DNA from: Chiloscyllium plagiosum
Taxonomy: Eukaryota
Direction: 5' to 3'
Assembly: GCF_004010195.1 (NCBI RefSeq)
Contig: NC_057751.1
Location: forward strand, 14,665,951 to 14,729,950
DNA: 64,000 nucleotides
This document shows positions 26,291-39,417 of the stretch, in pieces (position 1 is the first letter of the stretch; every line of letters begins with the position of its first letter). The notes under the pieces are model-generated. The model did no database searches and was not told where the DNA came from. It saw nothing but the letters and a program-made list of their open reading frames with translations. The translations under genes and the position numbers were made by a program.

Positions 26291-28689
26291 ATGGACAAGC
26301 TAGACAAGGCAGACGCCTGCCCACACGCCCGGGAACAGTTCGAGGGGCCACTGCCTCCGTCCTCCAGCTCGCGGCTGGACCTACGCTACGACCAGGAGCC
26401 GTCCTGCCAACACCAGACCAAAATCAAGGTGAGGACAGGGAACAAGGTGATGATATACCAGAGCGGACAGTCTCAGCAGCGGCCTCAATGTCGGCGGCCC
26501 CGGCCCAGGGGGCGCCCTCGCAGGCAGCGGCGGCAGAGGAAACCACGGCCCTGCATCATGGCAGCAGACAGGAAATCGGAGACCGCCTCAGAACCAGCGC
26601 CTGCACCGCCCAGCAAGAGCCCGTGGGAGCCCCGGAGCGCAGGCCTGGGCCTGGACGTGGCCTCTACATCGCAGGGGAAGTGTGCCTCCGCCGGCGAGCT
26701 GAGCGGCCAGTGCCCGGCCTACCCGAAGGAGATGCCCTACGAGCTGAGGGCGTACACGACATGGGCGGGCTCCAGGTGGATCAGGGGAGGGGCGCTGGCC
26801 ACCGCAGCTGACACACTGAAGCCAGGAAGGAAGGCCCAGGGCAAAAGGAAGCACGTGGAGGCCCCGGTTAGGGAGAAGGGCTGCCAGAACCCAGGCAAGA
26901 GGGGCTGCATGAACCCTGGGGAGAGGGGCTGCATGAACCCTGGGGAGAGGGGCTGCATGAACCCTGGGGAGAGGGGCTGCATGAACCCTGGGGAGAGGGG
27001 CTGCATGAACCCTGGGGAGAGGGGCTGCATGAACCCTGGGGAGAGGGGCTGCATGAACCCTGGGGAGAGGGGCTGCATGAACCCTGGGGAGAGGGGCTGC
27101 ATGAACCCTGGGGAGAGGGGCTGCATGAACCCTGGGGAGAGGGGCTGCATGAACCCTGGGGAGAGGGGCTGCATGAACCCTGGGGAGAGGGGCTGCATGA
27201 ACCCTGGGGAGAGGGGCTGCATGAACCCTGGGGAGAGGGGCTGCATGAACCCTGGGGAGAGGGGCTGCATGAACCCTGGGGAGAGGGGCTGCATGAACCC
27301 TGGGGAGAGGGGCTGCATGAACCCTGGGGAGAGGGGCTGCATGAACCCTGGGGAGAGGGGCTGCATGAACCCTGGGGAGAGGGGCTGCATGAACCCTGGG
27401 GAGAGGGGCTGCATGAACCCTGGGGAGAGGGGCTGCATGAACCCTGGGGAGAGGGGCTGCATGAACCCTGGGGAGAGGGGCTGCATGAACCCGAGACCCC
27501 CGGGGAGGGGTACTGCGAGACTCCCGGGGAGGGGGACTGCGAGACCCCCAGGGAGGGAGACTGCGAGACTCCCAGGGAGAGGGACTGCGAGACCCCCAGG
27601 GAGAGGGACTGCGAGACCCCCAGGGAGAGGGACTGCGAGACCCCCAGAGAGGGGGACTGTGAGACCCCCAGGGAGAGGGGCTGCCAGAATCTAGGAGAGA
27701 GTGGCTGTGACAGTGACTGCGAGACGCCCAAGGAGAGGGGCTGTGGGGCCCCCAGAGAGAGGGGCTGCGAGAGCACTGGGAAGAGAGACTGCGGAAACCC
27801 GGGGGAGGGAGACTGCCAGAACCCGGGGGCGGGGATGCTGCTGAGACGCACCCGCGGCCAGCTGGAAAAGGAGGGGGGGCAGCAGCTGTGCAGCTCCACG
27901 GACGAGGCCTACCCGCGCAGGATCAGAGAGAAAGGCTATCCCCTCAAGCGGTCGTACGGGGAGACCAAGGTGAACCTGCGGCTGGTCCAGGAGTCGATGG
28001 CCGCCGGCTGTGAGCAAGGAGAGGCCAGGCCTCGGCAGAGGGGACGGCCAGCAGGCCGGGGCTGCCTCAAGAAGCCTCGCCGCCAATGCACCGTCGCTGT
28101 GTCGGACGCCCAGACGCAGACCAATAAATCGAGTGGTCGCTGCAGCCCTGGCCACAGCAGCAGCAGCAGCTTCAGCCTGCCGTCCACCTCGGGTCAGTCC
28201 AGGCCCAGGCCCAGGCCCAGGCCCAGGCGCAGGCCCAGGCCCGGGCCTGCCAGGAGGAAGGGCAGCAGCCATACCTCTTCCCAGTCCTTGGTGGTGGGCG
28301 AGGGCCGCGCCAGTTCGGCGGAGGGAGAGGAGGAGGATGACGATGACGATGACAATGAGGAGGAGGACGACGATGAGGAGGAGATGGGGAGCAGTCGCAG
28401 CAGCCAGTGCTCCACGCCGTCCTCGGTGAGCTGCAGTGAGGAGCAGGCCGCAGCAGACCTCAAGCAGGCAGGTGGACCTGGTGTGGCCACCGAGCTGGTC
28501 CTCGCCCGGCCCCCTGGCAGGGCGCTGGCTGTGGCAGGCCCGCTGGGCTGCCGTCCCCACGGTGACAGGCGCAAGACGAGCTCCGGCCGTTCCCCGGCCG
28601 ACGTCGAGCGAACATGGCGCCGAAGGAGCCCGGTCCCGTCCTCTCAACCCCAACGCTTCCAGGACAACTGGGGCTGCCTCATCTTCTGA
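26291..28689 (+). CDS. Unrecognised single-coding-exon gene, ~800 aa after repairing one frameshift at ~27485-27492 (repeat-rich, low-complexity, C-terminal CaaX)
   Basis: GC/CpG-rich; Kozak gcaATGg; acceptor tcctag at 26036 upstream; ORF 26291 and frame 27493-28689 share an 8-residue Cys register; ends WGCLIF*; AATAAA at 28805. Confidence 0.65.
26903..27492 (+). repeat. Perfect 24-bp coding minisatellite (GGCTGCATGAACCCTGGGGAGAGG)x24 plus a partial unit; degenerate copies continue to ~27834
   Basis: Directly visible; encodes GCMNPGER. Confidence 0.97.
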
Positions 28690-28804
28690 GCGGCTCACTT
28701 TACCCATTCCCCACCTCCCCCCCACCACTGACCCCGGGCTCTCTTTAGCCCTCTCCTCACAGCTAACAATGACTGTACATAACCTGCAAAGCTTAAATAA
28801 TAAT

Positions 28805-28810
28805 AATAAA
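28805..28810 (+). terminator. Candidate polyadenylation signal of the orphan gene
   Basis: AATAAA ~115 nt after the CLIF stop; GT-rich sequence downstream. Confidence 0.55.
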
Positions 28811-31509
28811 CAGAAAAGAGCAGATTACCGACCAACAAAAGTGGGGTTTGTGCAGGACGTGGGCAGGTGCGGGTGAGGGTCTGCTGCCCACCGAGAATAG
28901 GGGGGTGGTGGGGGTGGTGGTGGGTGTGGGGCAGGGGTTGTGCTCAAAAGACACCAGTTCCCAGCAACCAAGGAGAGATGCAGGGGAAACCAGTCGGTGT
29001 GCGCGCGCGCGTGTGTTGTGGCTGCAGGCACTGAGGGGAAGGGCTTTCACACCAGGCTGCCGGAGGGCACGGTGTTCAGAAACGGCGCCAGCAAAGGGTG
29101 GCCACCAGACCTGTCTCGGACACAGGACGTTGTAGAGCAGCCCCGCCCCCCGGTTCTCCCTCGCATTCTCTCATCCCGAGGGATTCTTATCCCAACCCGC
29201 TCCACTTCGCATTTCAACACGTTATGGATTCGGAGGAGACCGTCGTGCCTGTTCATTGAGAGAGCTGACAAATTCGCCCGTTCCGTTTTCCTTTCTTTTT
29301 TAAGGCTGTTGTTCCAACTGTTTCCGGCCATGCATTCTTGAGCACAACAATGTCGTCCTTCGAAAACCCAAATTCTCCTCATCCTCCCTCTCTTTCTCCC
29401 CGGGAATCAATTACCCCCACGTCCCCACCAGTGAAGACAGATCCTCCTTGTTTTGCCCGTCACACCCCGACGGGAGTTGGAAGCCCCTGTTAAGTCTCCC
29501 CTCCCACCTCCCCTATTGGAAGGAGAACACCTTCAGTTTCACCAGTCCCTGTATGTAATTGAGCCCCCTCATCCCTCAGCCACTCCAGTGAAACGCCTCT
29601 CCACCTTGACGTCCTCCCTAAGAGTATGTGTAGGGGTGGGCAGGGAGGGTGATGCTCAGAATGGAATGGAGTCCTCCACCTGGAGCTCACCCCATGGTAG
29701 CGAAAGGTTCAGCTCTTGCTTTTGTACTTTGCACCTGATTTAATAAAGCCAAAGACACCTTCTGCCTTTTTAATGGCTTCTCAACTTGTCCTGCCGTCTC
29801 TGAAGACTGTGTGTGTGTGTGTGTGTGCGTATCCCTGGTTTCTGTCTCTCTGTCTGATCTTGAAGACTTTTCGCACTGTACCATGCAGCTTACACACCAC
29901 GCAGGTGTGCCTGTTTGTGAAGGTGAACATGCAGTCTATCAGAGCTATTGGGCTTTTGTTGAAAGTGCAAATGCTGCGGCACTTTGCTCTGTCCTGATTA
30001 GAGCAGTCGAGAAGGGAAGTGTGGGTATAGATGAGTGTGGAATTCCCGAATCTATCCTGACGAGCTGTACAATGTTTCTTTGCCCCATCACATTTGATCC
30101 AACTGAGATCTGCAGAAGTAAGCCAGGGACTGTGCCCAATTTCTCTGGGAATCAAGGGTCCCCGTGTTATTGAATGTCACGCAAGTGTAAATATACCAGT
30201 TTAGGTTTTACAAGCAAGGGAGGCATCTCACAGCCATCCCCTGAGAGATAGTTTCCCTCACCTGTCACCTCAAAGGTATTTTTCCCTCGAAAGTTGTTGG
30301 CGGTGTGAGCTGAAGTTGTGAATGATGGGAATAACAGTTGATTCCTTCAACAGTTGACGTATAAAATCTCAGGAAAAGGTGGAGGAAATTGGGTGAAGGA
30401 GGGGCGGGGGGACAAATCAGGCAGAGAAAAAGAGTGATTGAGTTAAAGGAAAAAGGAATTTTTTAAAAAAGTATGTCCCCAGCAACAGTAGATGACCTGC
30501 AGAGATGACAGCCCACATTTCACTTTCCTTCTGTGTCGGAGTGAATGACATCACAGGAACAGGAAGTCCATCCATTAAAAAAAAGTCTTTCCATTGATGA
30601 ATATAAGCCCAAGCTTTCTTATTTATATTTCATGCACAAATCCAGCAGTTTCATGGTGAGGCTGACTGAATGTGCGCTTGTGCCATTTTAATGTGACTTT
30701 TACACAGAAAGGCAGGAATTTTTGGCAACTCACAACATATGCTACCTTTGATCACAAGCCTTTGGATAGCTTGTACAATGATCACTGTGAGCACTATTAA
30801 TCTCAATGTTACTTTGCTGGCAAACGCTGCTCAAAGATTTCTTGAAAGCTGCAAGATTTTAAAATATGGGAGAATTTTGACTTTAAACCTGACTTGCTTT
30901 CAGGATCTAGAGTGCAGTCCTGTGGCATTTTGACAGAAAGAAAAGCATGTTCCCCAATCCCTCACTGTCTCCTAACAGGGCTGTATCTACACACGCTGTT
31001 ACCATAGAAGAAAACCACTCTTCAAGTTAAATCCTGCTCAGCACGCTGTTGAACAATGGGAGCGTTCACTATAACCAAACCTGTACCACCAATGCAGACA
31101 CAATGCAGTGATCAGGAGCCTGGCAATATAAAGAATGATTGCATTTGTATAGCCCCTTTCAGAATCTCAATCCATCCCAAGGTCTTTTACAAAAACCCAC
31201 AGTCTATTTGAAGCTCGCTAATATAGGAAATGAACAACTCAGCAAACTGTCACAAACAACAATGAAGTCAAAACAAGCAATCTGTTTTAATGGTAGCTGA
31301 CGGGTTAATATTGGCGACAGGATAACTCTCTGAAACACTGCAAAATCATATCAATCTGGAATCTTTTGTCCTGAATGGAATTCACAGTCCAACACTGTTT
31401 TCCAGACGACTGCAGTATTGGTCCTCCAACTGCAGCACTCCTTCAGGAATGCCCCGAGCATGGACAAATGCTGCCTCAGCAGAGATTCTACACTTGTACG
31501 GCGAGCCCT

Positions 31510-34378
31510 CAGCACTGCCATCCAACTCCCTCAGTACTGACCCTCTGACGGTGCAGCACTCTCTCAGTACTGAACCTCTGACAGTGTTGCCTCCCTCACT
31601 ACTGACCTTCTGACAGTGCGGCACTCCCTCAGTACTGACCCTCTGACACTGCTGCGTTCCCACAGTACTGACCCTGTGAGAGTGCGGCACTCCCTCAGTA
31701 CTGACCCTCTGACAGTGCGGCACTCCCTCAGTACTCACCCTCCGACACTGCTGCGTTCCCACAGTACTGACCCTGTGTCAGTGCGGCACTCCCTCAGTAC
31801 TGATCCTCTGACAGTGCAGCACTCCCTCAGTACTAACCCTCCAACCGTGCAGCAATCCCTCAGTATTGACCCTCCAACAGTGAGGCACTCCCTCAGCACT
31901 GACCCTCTGACAGTGCAGCGCTTCCTCAGCACTGACCCTCTGACAGTGTGGCGCTCCCTCAGTACTGACCCTCTGACAGTGCATCACTCCCTCAGTACTG
32001 ACCCTCCAACAGTGCGGCACTCCCTCAGTACTGATCCTCCGACAGTGCGACCCTCCCTCAGCAATGACCCTCCGACAGTGCAGCACTCCCACAGCACTGA
32101 CACTCCGACAATGTGGCACTGACTCAGTACTGACCTTCTGACAGTACAGCACTCCCTCAGTACTGACCGTCTGACCGTGCTGCGTTCCCACAGTACTGAC
32201 ACTCTGACAGTGCAGCACTCCCTCAGTACTGACCCTCCAACCGTGCAGCACTCCCTCTGTACTCACCCTCTGACAGTGCGGCACTCCCTCAGTACTGACC
32301 CTCTGACACTGCAGCGTTCCCTCAGTACTGACCCTCTGACAGTGCGGCTCTCCCTCAGTACTGACCCTCCAACCATGCAGCACTCCCTCAGTATTCACCC
32401 TCTGACAGTGCGGCACTCCCTCAGTACACACCTTCCAACCGTGCAGCACTCCTTCAGTACTGACCCTCTGACAGTGCGGCACTCCATCAGTACTGACACT
32501 CTGACAGTGCAGCACTCCCTCAGTACACACCTTCCAACCGTGCAGCACTCCCTCAGTACTGACCCTCTGACAGTGCAGCACTCCCTCAGTACACACCTTC
32601 CAACCGTGCAGCACTCCTTCAGTACTGACCCTCTGACAGTGCGGCACTCCATCAGTTCTGACACTCTGACAGCCTAGGACTCCCTCAGTACTGACCGTCC
32701 AACAGTGTGGCACTCCCTCAGCACTGACCTTCTGACAATGCAGGACTCCCTCAGTGCTGACCCTCTGACAGTGCAGCGCTCCCTCAGTACTGACCCTCTG
32801 ACAGTGCGGCACTCCCTCACTACTGACCCTCTGACAGTATGGCCTCCCTCAGTGCTGACCCTCTAACACTGCGGCACTCCCTCAGTACTCACCCTCCAAA
32901 TGTGCGGTGCTCCCTCAGTACTGACCCTCTAACAGTGCAGCATTCCCTCAGTACTGACCCTCTAACAATGCGGCACTCCCTCAGTACTGACCCTCTAACA
33001 GTGCATCACTCCTTCAGTACTGACCCTCCCACAGTGCGGCACTCCCTCAGCAATGACCCTCCGACAGTGCAGCACTCCCTCAGCACTGACACTCCGGCAA
33101 TGTGGCACTGACTCAGTACTGACCCTCCGACAGTGCAGCACTCCCTCAGTACTCACCCTCAGGCAGTACGGCACTCCCTCAGTACTGACCCTCTGACAGT
33201 GCAGCACTCCCTCAGTACTCACCCTCAGACAGTACGGCACTCCCTCAGTACTGACCATCCAACAGTGCAGCACTCCCTCAGTACTGACCCTCTGACAGTG
33301 CAGCACTCCCTCAGTACTGACCCTCTGACAGTGCAGCACTCCCTCAGTACACACCTTCCAACCGTGCAGCACTCCTTCAGTACTGACCCTCTGACAGTGC
33401 GGCACTCCATCAGTACTGACACTCTGACAGTCCAGGACTCCCTCAGTACTGATCCTCCGACAGTGCGACCCTCCCCCAGCAATGACCCTCCGACAGTGCA
33501 GCACTCCCTCAGCACTGACACTCCGACAATGTGGCACTGACTCAGTACTGACCCTCTGACAGTGCTGCACTCGCTCAGCACTGACCCTCCAACAATACTG
33601 CGCTTCCACAGTACTGACCCTCTGACAGTGCAGCACTCCCTCAGTACTCACCCTCAGACAGTACGGCACTCCCTCAGTACTGACCCTCTGACAGTGCGGC
33701 ACTCCCTCAGTACTGACCCTCTGACACTGCTGCGTTCCCTCAGTACTGACTCTCTGACAGTGCGGCACTCCTTCAATACTGACCGCTAGCAGTGCAGCAC
33801 TCCCTCAGTACTGACCCTCTGATGGTGCAGCACTCCTTCAGTACTGACCCTCTGATGGTGCAGCACTCCCTCAGTACTGAACCTCTGACAGCGTGGCCTC
33901 CTTCAGTATTGATCCTCTGACAGTGCAGCACTCCCTCAGTACTGACCGCTAGCAGTGCAGCACTCCCTCAGTACTGACCCTCTGATGGTGCAGCACTCCC
34001 TCAGTACTGAACCTCTGACAGCGTGGCCTCCTTCAGTATTGATCCTCTGACAGTGCAGCACTCCCTCAGTACTCACCCTCTGACAGTACAGCACTCCCTC
34101 AGTTCTGACCGTCTGACTGTGCTGCGTTCCCACAGTACTGACACTCTGACAGTGCAGCACTCCCTCAGTACTGACCCGCCAACCGTGCAGCACTCCCTCT
34201 GTACTCACCCTCTGACAGTGCGGCTCTCCCTCAGTACTGACCCTCTGACACTGCTGCATTCCCTCAGTACTGACCCTCTGAGAGTGCGGCTCTCCCTCAG
34301 TACTGACCCTCCAACCGTGCAGCACTCCCTCAGTACTCACCCTCCGACAGTGCGGCACTCCCTCAGTACACACCTTCC
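31510..34378. repeat. 32-bp satellite array (~90 units, same family and orientation), truncated by gap
   Basis: Visible tandem periodicity. Confidence 0.95.
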
Positions 34379-34878
34379 NNNNNNNNNNNNNNNNNNNNNN
34401 NNNNNNNNNNNNNNNNNNNNNNNNNNNNNNNNNNNNNNNNNNNNNNNNNNNNNNNNNNNNNNNNNNNNNNNNNNNNNNNNNNNNNNNNNNNNNNNNNNNN
34501 NNNNNNNNNNNNNNNNNNNNNNNNNNNNNNNNNNNNNNNNNNNNNNNNNNNNNNNNNNNNNNNNNNNNNNNNNNNNNNNNNNNNNNNNNNNNNNNNNNNN
34601 NNNNNNNNNNNNNNNNNNNNNNNNNNNNNNNNNNNNNNNNNNNNNNNNNNNNNNNNNNNNNNNNNNNNNNNNNNNNNNNNNNNNNNNNNNNNNNNNNNNN
34701 NNNNNNNNNNNNNNNNNNNNNNNNNNNNNNNNNNNNNNNNNNNNNNNNNNNNNNNNNNNNNNNNNNNNNNNNNNNNNNNNNNNNNNNNNNNNNNNNNNNN
34801 NNNNNNNNNNNNNNNNNNNNNNNNNNNNNNNNNNNNNNNNNNNNNNNNNNNNNNNNNNNNNNNNNNNNNNNNNNNNNN
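34379..34878. other. Assembly gap
   Basis: N run. Confidence 1.
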
Positions 34879-37800
34879 GAGATCTGAGAGGTGATCCAAT
34901 TTGATAAGAGGAAGAGATGTGCTGAGTATTTCCACAAACCTGGGAGGTTGGGCAGTCTGCACATACAAAGGGACTTCGGTGTCGGGAGAGTTATAGAACT
35001 GTACAGCACGGAAACAGACACTTCCATCCAACTCTTCCAAGCCGACCAGATATCCTACATTAATCTAGCCCCATTTGCCAGCACTTGGCCCGGATTGTTT
35101 TCTTGCTGTTCTCGTCCGCATCCCGATGCCTCTTAATATAGGAGTTGGGAGGTCATGTTGCGGCTGTACAGNNNNNNNNNNNNNNNNNNNNNNNNNNNNN
35201 NNNNNNNNNNNNNNNNNNNNNNNNNNNNNNNNNNNNNNNNNNNNNNNNNNNNNNNNNNNNNNNNNNNNNNNNNNNNNNNNNNNNNNNNNNNNNNNNNNNN
35301 NNNNNNNNNNNNNNNNNNNNNNNNNNNNNNNNNNNNNNNNNNNNNNNNNNNNNNNNNNNNNNNNNNNNNNNNNNNNGAGGCTGGTACAATTGCAACATTT
35401 AAGAGGCATTTGGATGGGTATATGAATAGGAAGCGTTTGGAGGGATATGGGCTGGGCACTGGCAGGTGGGACTAGATTGGGTTGGGATATCTGGTCGGCA
35501 TGGACAGGTTGGACCGAAGGGTCTGTTTTCTTGCTGTACATCTCTATGACTCTAAATGCTGTAATTGTACCAGCCTCCACCACTTCCTCTGGCAGCTCAT
35601 TCCATACACGTACCACCCTCTGCGTGAAACAATTACCCCTTGGGACCCTTTTAAATCTTTGCCCTCTCACCTTAGACCTATGCTCTCTAGTTTTGGACTC
35701 CCCCAACCCAGGGAAAAGACCTTGATTATTCATCCCATCCATCCTCCTGATAATATTATAAATTTCAATAATATCCCTTGCAGGATGAGAAAGGGGAATT
35801 AATATTGGGGGTCATGCCGAAACGGATAACTAATTTTGTGTCAGTCTTCACAGTTGAAGGCATGTTCAAGATGCCAAAGATTGATGTCAATGATATGATG
35901 GGAGGCAGGGACCTCAATTCAATAGTTATCACTAAAGGGGTAGGGTTGAACAAACTTGAGGGCTGAAAGGTAGGTAAGTCCCCTGGTCCTGATGGAATGC
36001 ATCCCAGGGTGATGAAAGACATGGTGGATGTTATTGTAGCTGCATTCGTGGTAACTTTCCAATAATTCACTGGTCTCTGGGCAGGTCCTGGCAGACGTCG
36101 AACATCATGCTGTTGTTTCAAAAAAGGGTACAGGCAAAAGGCAGGTGACCTTAGGTCAGTTAGCTGAACATCTATAGTCAGGAAAATGCTAGAGGTTATC
36201 ATGACAGAAGAAATAGTGTGACATCTGAATGAAAAGGATTCCATCAAGCAGAGGCAGCGTGGATTCAGGAAGGGGAGGTCGTGTTTGACAAACTCACTGG
36301 AGTTCTTTGAGGATGGAGGGTGGATGGAGGGGAACAGGTGGATGTTGTATACTTGGATTTCCAGCAGGCTTTCGATAAGGTGCCACAAAAAGGCCGGGGC
36401 TGTTTTCCCCCCAGCGTCGGAGGCTGAGGGGTGACCTTATCGAGGTTTACACAATTATGAGGGGCATGGATAGGGTAAATCGGCCGGCATCTGGTCGGCA
36501 TGGACAGGTTGGACCGAAGGGTCTGTTTTCATGCTGTACATCTCTATGACTCTATAAGATAACAATGCTTGGAGTTGCAGGGAATGTACTAGCATGGACA
36601 GAGGACTGGTTAACCAATAGAAAGCAGAGAATTGGGATAAATGGTTGGAGATCAGTGGTGAGCAGGGAGCTACAGGGGTCAATGTTGGGCCCACAATTAT
36701 TCATGGCATGTATCTAAATGATTTGGAAAAGGAGACCGTGTGTAACATATCCCAGTTTGCTGATGACATTAAATTGAGTGGAAAAGCAGAGGATGTGGAA
36801 GATCTGCAGAGAGATTTCGATCGGTTAAGTGAGTCGGGGAGGGTCTGCCAGATGGAGTACAATGTTGGTAGATGTGAGGTTATCCACTTTGGAAGGAAAA
36901 AAATAGTATTATTTAAACGGTGAAAGATTGCATCGTGCTGTTGTGCAGAGGGATTTAGGAGTGCTGGTACATGAATCGCTAAAAGTTGATTTGCAGACGC
37001 AACAGATAATCAGGAAGGCAAACGGAATATTGGCTTTTATTGCTAGAGGGATTGAATTGAAGAGCAGGGAGGTTCTGCTACAATTGGACAAGGTGTTGGT
37101 GAGGCCGCACCTGGAGTATTGTGCGCAGTTCTGGTCACCTCACTTGAGGAAGGGGAGGGTGCAGAGGAGTCTCATTCAGAGATGAGGGGGGGTTACCCGA
37201 TGAGGAGAGGTTGAGCCGCCTGGTACTGCACTCACTAGAATTTAGCAAAATGAGAGGGGATCTTTTGGAAACGTATAAAATTATGAAAGGAATAGATAAG
37301 ATCGAGAAGGGCAAGTTATATCCACTGGTGGGTGAGACGAGGACGAGGGGACATGGGCTCAAGATTAGGGAGAGTAGATTTGGGACAGAGATGAGGAGGA
37401 ACTGCTTTTCCCAGAGACGTACATCTATGGAATTCTCTGCCCAAGGAAGCAGGAGAGGCAGTTTCATTAAATATATTCAGGATACAGTTGGATTGGTTTT
37501 GCGTGGTCGGGGAATTAAGGGTGATGGGAATAATGCAGGTCGGAGGAGCTGAGAAAACGGATAGATCAGCCCTGAACTTAATGGAAGGGCAGGTTCAATG
37601 GGCCATGTAGCCTCCTCCTGCTCTATTACTATGATACGATGAAACATCCCTCAGCTTCTGGCACTCCAGGGAAAACAGGCCCAGCCAGTTCAGCTCAAAC
37701 CCTCCGACCCTGGCAACATCCTTGTAAATCTTTTCTGAACCCTGTCAGGTTTCACAACATCTTTCCGATAGGAAGGAGACCAGAATTGCACGCAATATTC

Positions 37801-37975
37801 CAACAGTGCATACCAAACACCTTCTTCACTATCCTATCTACCTGCTATGAACCTGCACTCCAAGGTCTCTTTGTTCAGCAACACTCCCTAGGACATTATC
37901 ATTAAGTGTATAAGTCCTGCTCTTATCTGCCTTTTCAAAATGTAGCACCTCGCATTTATCGAAATTAAACTCTAC
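34879..37975. mobile_element. Cluster of nested CR1 fragments including degenerate RT (+, ~35780-37630)
   Basis: ISQFADDIKLSG, QRDLGVLVHES, MRGDLLETYKI. Confidence 0.88.
35172..35376. other. Assembly gap
   Basis: N run. Confidence 1.
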
Positions 37976-39104
37976 CCCAAAAGGCTGTGAATGCTCAGTT
38001 TTTGAGCATGTTTAAGGTTGACATTAATTGATTTCTGATCACTATCGGTGTACAGGGTTATGGCGATCGGGTGGGCCACCAGTTGAACAGCAGGAAGAGG
38101 TCAATGGGCTGAATGGCCCTCCTCCTGTTCCTTCCTGGGAAGGTTGTGGGGCTGGAGGGGATTACAGAGAAAGGGAGGGGAGTTTTTGAGCAAGGGAGGG
38201 GAAGATTTGAAAAAAAGAATTTTAAACCCTCATTGAGTCTCAGCCTCCGTCTTTTCAATGATTTTCCTGCGCTTTTGTCCTGTCTTGTTGTCAAGATTCT
38301 GAGGCAGACAGGGGGGTTGGACGTGGAGTATCTCCTCGGATCTTGTGAAAACCGTGAGTCGACGTCTTGCTCAAATGTCCTTTGCTTTCCCCCATTCTTT
38401 TGACTATCCCTATCCTTGTAACTTCTGCATCGCATCGAGCCTCTTCTGTTGATATTTTTCTGAAACGCACAGGTCTGCCAACTTTTTTGGAAGGCGACCC
38501 CTTCCACTTCAATTGTCATTCTCACTTTCTTCCCCACCCCCAAAGTGTTCCTTCCAAATATCAAATTAACTCCCCCCCCCCCCGGACTCCCCAAAGACTG
38601 TCCCCCACCGACAAGGCCCAAGTCAGGAGGGTGTGAGGGAATACCCCTCACTTGCCCTGGATGGGCGGGGGGGGGGGCAGCTCCAACAACACTCGAGAAG
38701 CTCGACACCATCCAGGGTTCAAGCAGCCCCCAGTTGATTGTCCCCACACCCCCACTCCCTCCACCATGCTGCTCAGTAGCAGCAGTGTGTACCCTCTACA
38801 CGATGCACTGCAGCAACTCCCCAAGCCTTCTCAGACAGCACCTTCCAAACTTTGAATGCTTCTGATAAAGGGCTTACGCCCGAAACGTCGATTCTCCTGC
38901 TCCTCAGATGCTGCCTGCCCTGCTGTGCTTTTCCAGCAGCACTCTAATCTGGACTCTGATCTCCAGTACTTTCTCAAACCTTGAACAATGTACTTTTACA
39001 GGCCACTCGAGCCTGTTCCAGCATTGTGCAAGATCACAGCTGGTCTGAACTCTAATGTCTTGCCTTTCCCCACCACTGACCCTCACTAATAAATAAGCAG
39101 GATG

Positions 39105-39417
39105 GTGGCTCAGAGCACCAGGTTCATGGGATTGAATCCACCCCTGGGTGACTGTCTGCGTGGCCCATTCTCCCCATGTCTGTGTGGGTTTCCTCCGGGT
39201 GCTCCAGTTCCCCCCCCCTCCCAGTCCAAAGGTGTGTGCAGGGTAAAATGAACTGGCCGCGGGGAAATTGCACTACAGTGTCTGGGGATGTGCAGGCTGG
39301 GTGGATTAGCCACGGGAAATGCAGGGTGAGAGGGGTATAGGGTGGGATGCTCTTCAGAGAGTTGGCATGAACCCGACGGGCCGAACGGCCTGCTTCCACG
39401 CTGCAGGGATTCTGTGA
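39105..39417 (+). mobile_element. HE1-type SINE, diverged
   Basis: Same consensus. Confidence 0.8.

Noticed and set aside
26737..28728. Minus-strand ORFs (MQPLSPGF / SPSPQGSC repeats; 345-aa ORF)
   Set aside because: Antisense shadows of the GC-rich + strand gene; acceptor, Kozak, CaaX and polyA signal all support the + strand
31510..34378. CRISPR-like array (32-bp palindromic repeats)
   Set aside because: Head-to-tail monomers without unique spacers, no cas genes, vertebrate context
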